From a virus (Duplodnaviria > Caudoviricetes), in the IMG/VR virus record IMGVR_UViG_3300032328_000352, positions 1 through 47,561 of that record: 47,561 nt of DNA; one strand, 5' to 3'. Shown piece after piece: positions 46,084 to 47,561 of the stretch. The translations under genes and the position numbers were made by a program. How positions within the stretch are numbered: position 1 is the stretch's first letter; each line of letters opens with the position of its first letter. The notes beneath the pieces are model-generated. The model saw only the letters and a list, made by a program, of their open reading frames with translations, was not told the origin of the DNA and made no database searches.

Positions 46084-47559
46084 TCAACTAGTAGTGTTGT
46101 CAAATTGCGGGTATTGCACCCAGGCGCTTGTAGTTCCCGCGCCATTCGTTGCTCGCACCCTAACGTCAATTGTACCACTTGGAATACCCAGGAATACTAT
46201 ATACTTCTCACCAGAATCAATAGTAGGTGAAAGGCCACCTGTAACTAGGTTTCCGTTTTGGAAGTCAGCTGCTGGTGTACCACTATTTGATCCAGCGAAC
46301 CAAGAGCCACCGTTGATGCGATACTCCCAGTCATATCCAGTAACCCCACCAGATGCACTGTTGACATGGGTTAGATATCCATCGCCATCAAAGATAGACG
46401 TAGTATTAAATCCGTTAGCGTCCACAACTCGAAGATTGGTCGGAGGATTCATACCAGACGCTGCAGTACAGGTCACCGAGTTAGATGTTCCCGACTGTGC
46501 GCTGTTCCCACGGGCGTTGATTGCAACGACTCGGAAGTCGTAAGTGGCAGCAGTGACAGCGGACCCACCGACTGTCGTAACGGTTTGTGGACTCGATGCG
46601 GCGTTCGTGATGTTCGTCGCGAGGAACGTCCCTGCTCCTGATGGAGTACGGGCGAGGACTGCATATCCAGTAATTGTCGACCCACCGTTTGTCGGGGCTG
46701 TGTTTGTCGGTCCAGACCATGCAGCGGTGAACTCGCCAGCTCCCGTAGTAGCGCCATTAATGGCCGAGACAGTTGGGGCGTCTGGAACCGTTGCGTAAAG
46801 AGCAACAGCAGAGGCAGTGCCAGCAACGCCAGCTGGCGAAGTCGAGTTGATCGAGTACACTCGGAAGTAGTAGCTGGTTCCCTTGACTGCCGATGTTGCA
46901 AGTCCGGCTGCATTATTGGTCGTGGCAGTCGATCCTGTGTCGGCAACGACCGTCGTAACGTTTGCGGTAAATCCTGAATCAGTAGCTCGCTCAATCTTGT
47001 ACGATGTAGCGTTAGTACCAGCAGACCATGACAAGGAGAAAGTTCCATCTCCAACGCCAACGGTAGGAGCACCAGGGGCACCAGGAACTGGCAATACAGC
47101 ACTTAGGTTGCGGGTGCCGATCAACCATAGCTGTGCACCACGTGCTGTAGAATCAATTGAATCGATATACATTGTGATGAGATCATCTTTATTAATAAAG
47201 ATTGACAACGCAGATCCAGTGAAAGCAGATGATACACCAGACAGCGCACCCTGAGCAATCGAAATACCGGCGTCCATGATCGTAGTTCCAGTACCTGCTC
47301 CTCGGTGAACATCAGCCACTGACGCCCCAGACGCCGTTGCTGTTTCGAGAGTATAGCGAACCTCGATCAGCGTGAAGGCAAACGGAGCACGAAATGATGA
47401 CTTCGCTACTGAAGATGAACCAGAGATAGCAGATGATCGGTCAGACAAAGTGACGTTAAATGCAATTGGAAACGCTGATTCGAGTGCCGATATTCCACTA
47501 CCGCCTGCAACAGGCGGTGTCTCCCAAACACCATCGCCACGCAAGTAAGTAGTTGATGA
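46084..47559 (-). CDS. Fibronectin type III-containing fibre protein (partial, starts beyond the right edge)
   Basis: The frame stays open to the window edge (SSTTYLRGDGVW), so the track's TTG start is internal. Two clear FN3 repeats (PGAP..LSW..SYKIER..YYFRVYSIN; PDAP..W..GGSTITGY..YDFRVVAINARG) and a probable third. Confidence 0.85.
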   Translation of the reverse strand, partial: SSTTYLRGDGVWETPPVAGGSGISALESAFPIAFNVTLSDRSSAISGSSSVAKSSFRAPFAFTLIEVRYTLETATASGASVADVHRGAGTGTTIMDAGISIAQGALSGVSSAFTGSALSIFINKDDLITMYIDSIDSTARGAQLWLIGTRNLSAVLPVPGAPGAPTVGVGDGTFSLSWSAGTNATSYKIERATDSGFTANVTTVVADTGSTATTNNAAGLATSAVKGTSYYFRVYSINSTSPAGVAGTASAVALYATVPDAPTVSAINGATTGAGEFTAAWSGPTNTAPTNGGSTITGYAVLARTPSGAGTFLATNITNAASSPQTVTTVGGSAVTAATYDFRVVAINARGNSAQSGTSNSVTCTAASGMNPPTNLRVVDANGFNTTSIFDGDGYLTHVNSASGGVTGYDWEYRINGGSWFAGSNSGTPAADFQNGNLVTGGLSPTIDSGEKYIVFLGIPSGTIDVRVRATNGAGTTSAWVQYPQFDNTTS

Positions 47560-47561
47560 CG

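Noticed and set aside
46473-47102. 209-aa same-strand overlapping ORF within the FN3 gene
   Set aside because: Its Leu/Arg/Gln/Pro-rich composition is what an off-frame reading of Ala/Thr/Gly/Ser codons produces.
723-47254. Plus-strand ORFs in the track, including the 227-aa ORF at 13341-14024 and the 182-aa ORF at 45995-46543
   Set aside because: They lie antisense to long, well-supported minus-strand genes and show no recognisable motifs; they are shadow ORFs.
1-47561. Alternative genetic code
   Set aside because: The standard code gives near-complete coding density, and TAA, TGA and TAG all end genes.
1-47561. Bacterial contractile injection system (eCIS/T6SS/tailocin) instead of a phage
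   Set aside because: Head-tail neck-like genes, a long tape measure and phage-style fibre genes are present, and no AAA ATPase or membrane complex is seen. Capsid genes are outside the window, so this is likely rather than proven.

Overview
This window is part of a large myovirus (contractile-tail phage) genome, covering the virion morphogenesis module. All credible genes are on the minus strand, tightly packed and often translationally coupled. In transcription order (right to left) it encodes: a fibre/receptor-binding cluster (FN3 protein, kelch propeller, small structural proteins, a high-GC lectin-like gene, a ConA-like protein and a 1094-aa 22-residue-repeat scaffold); neck proteins; two sheath paralogs; three tube paralogs; two tail assembly chaperones; a 2170-aa tape-measure-like protein; a 1437-aa protein; a 2939-aa hub fusion; an M15-type peptidase; a split spike; gp25-like and baseplate-J proteins; a Zn-finger metallophosphoesterase; and a >950-aa wedge-like protein that the ORF track missed because it runs off the left edge. 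The main finding is the 1437-aa protein directly after the tape measure. It carries two-barrel RNA polymerase motifs (DG..IIS, R..KG, and a non-canonical GGADFDD followed by RDP) plus a C-terminal hydrophobic helix, so it is a candidate divergent virion-delivered RNA polymerase. The neighbouring hub fusion ends in a staphylococcal-nuclease domain. All product calls rest on motifs read by eye and on synteny; no searches were run. No tRNA, rRNA, CRISPR array or mobile element was recognised.
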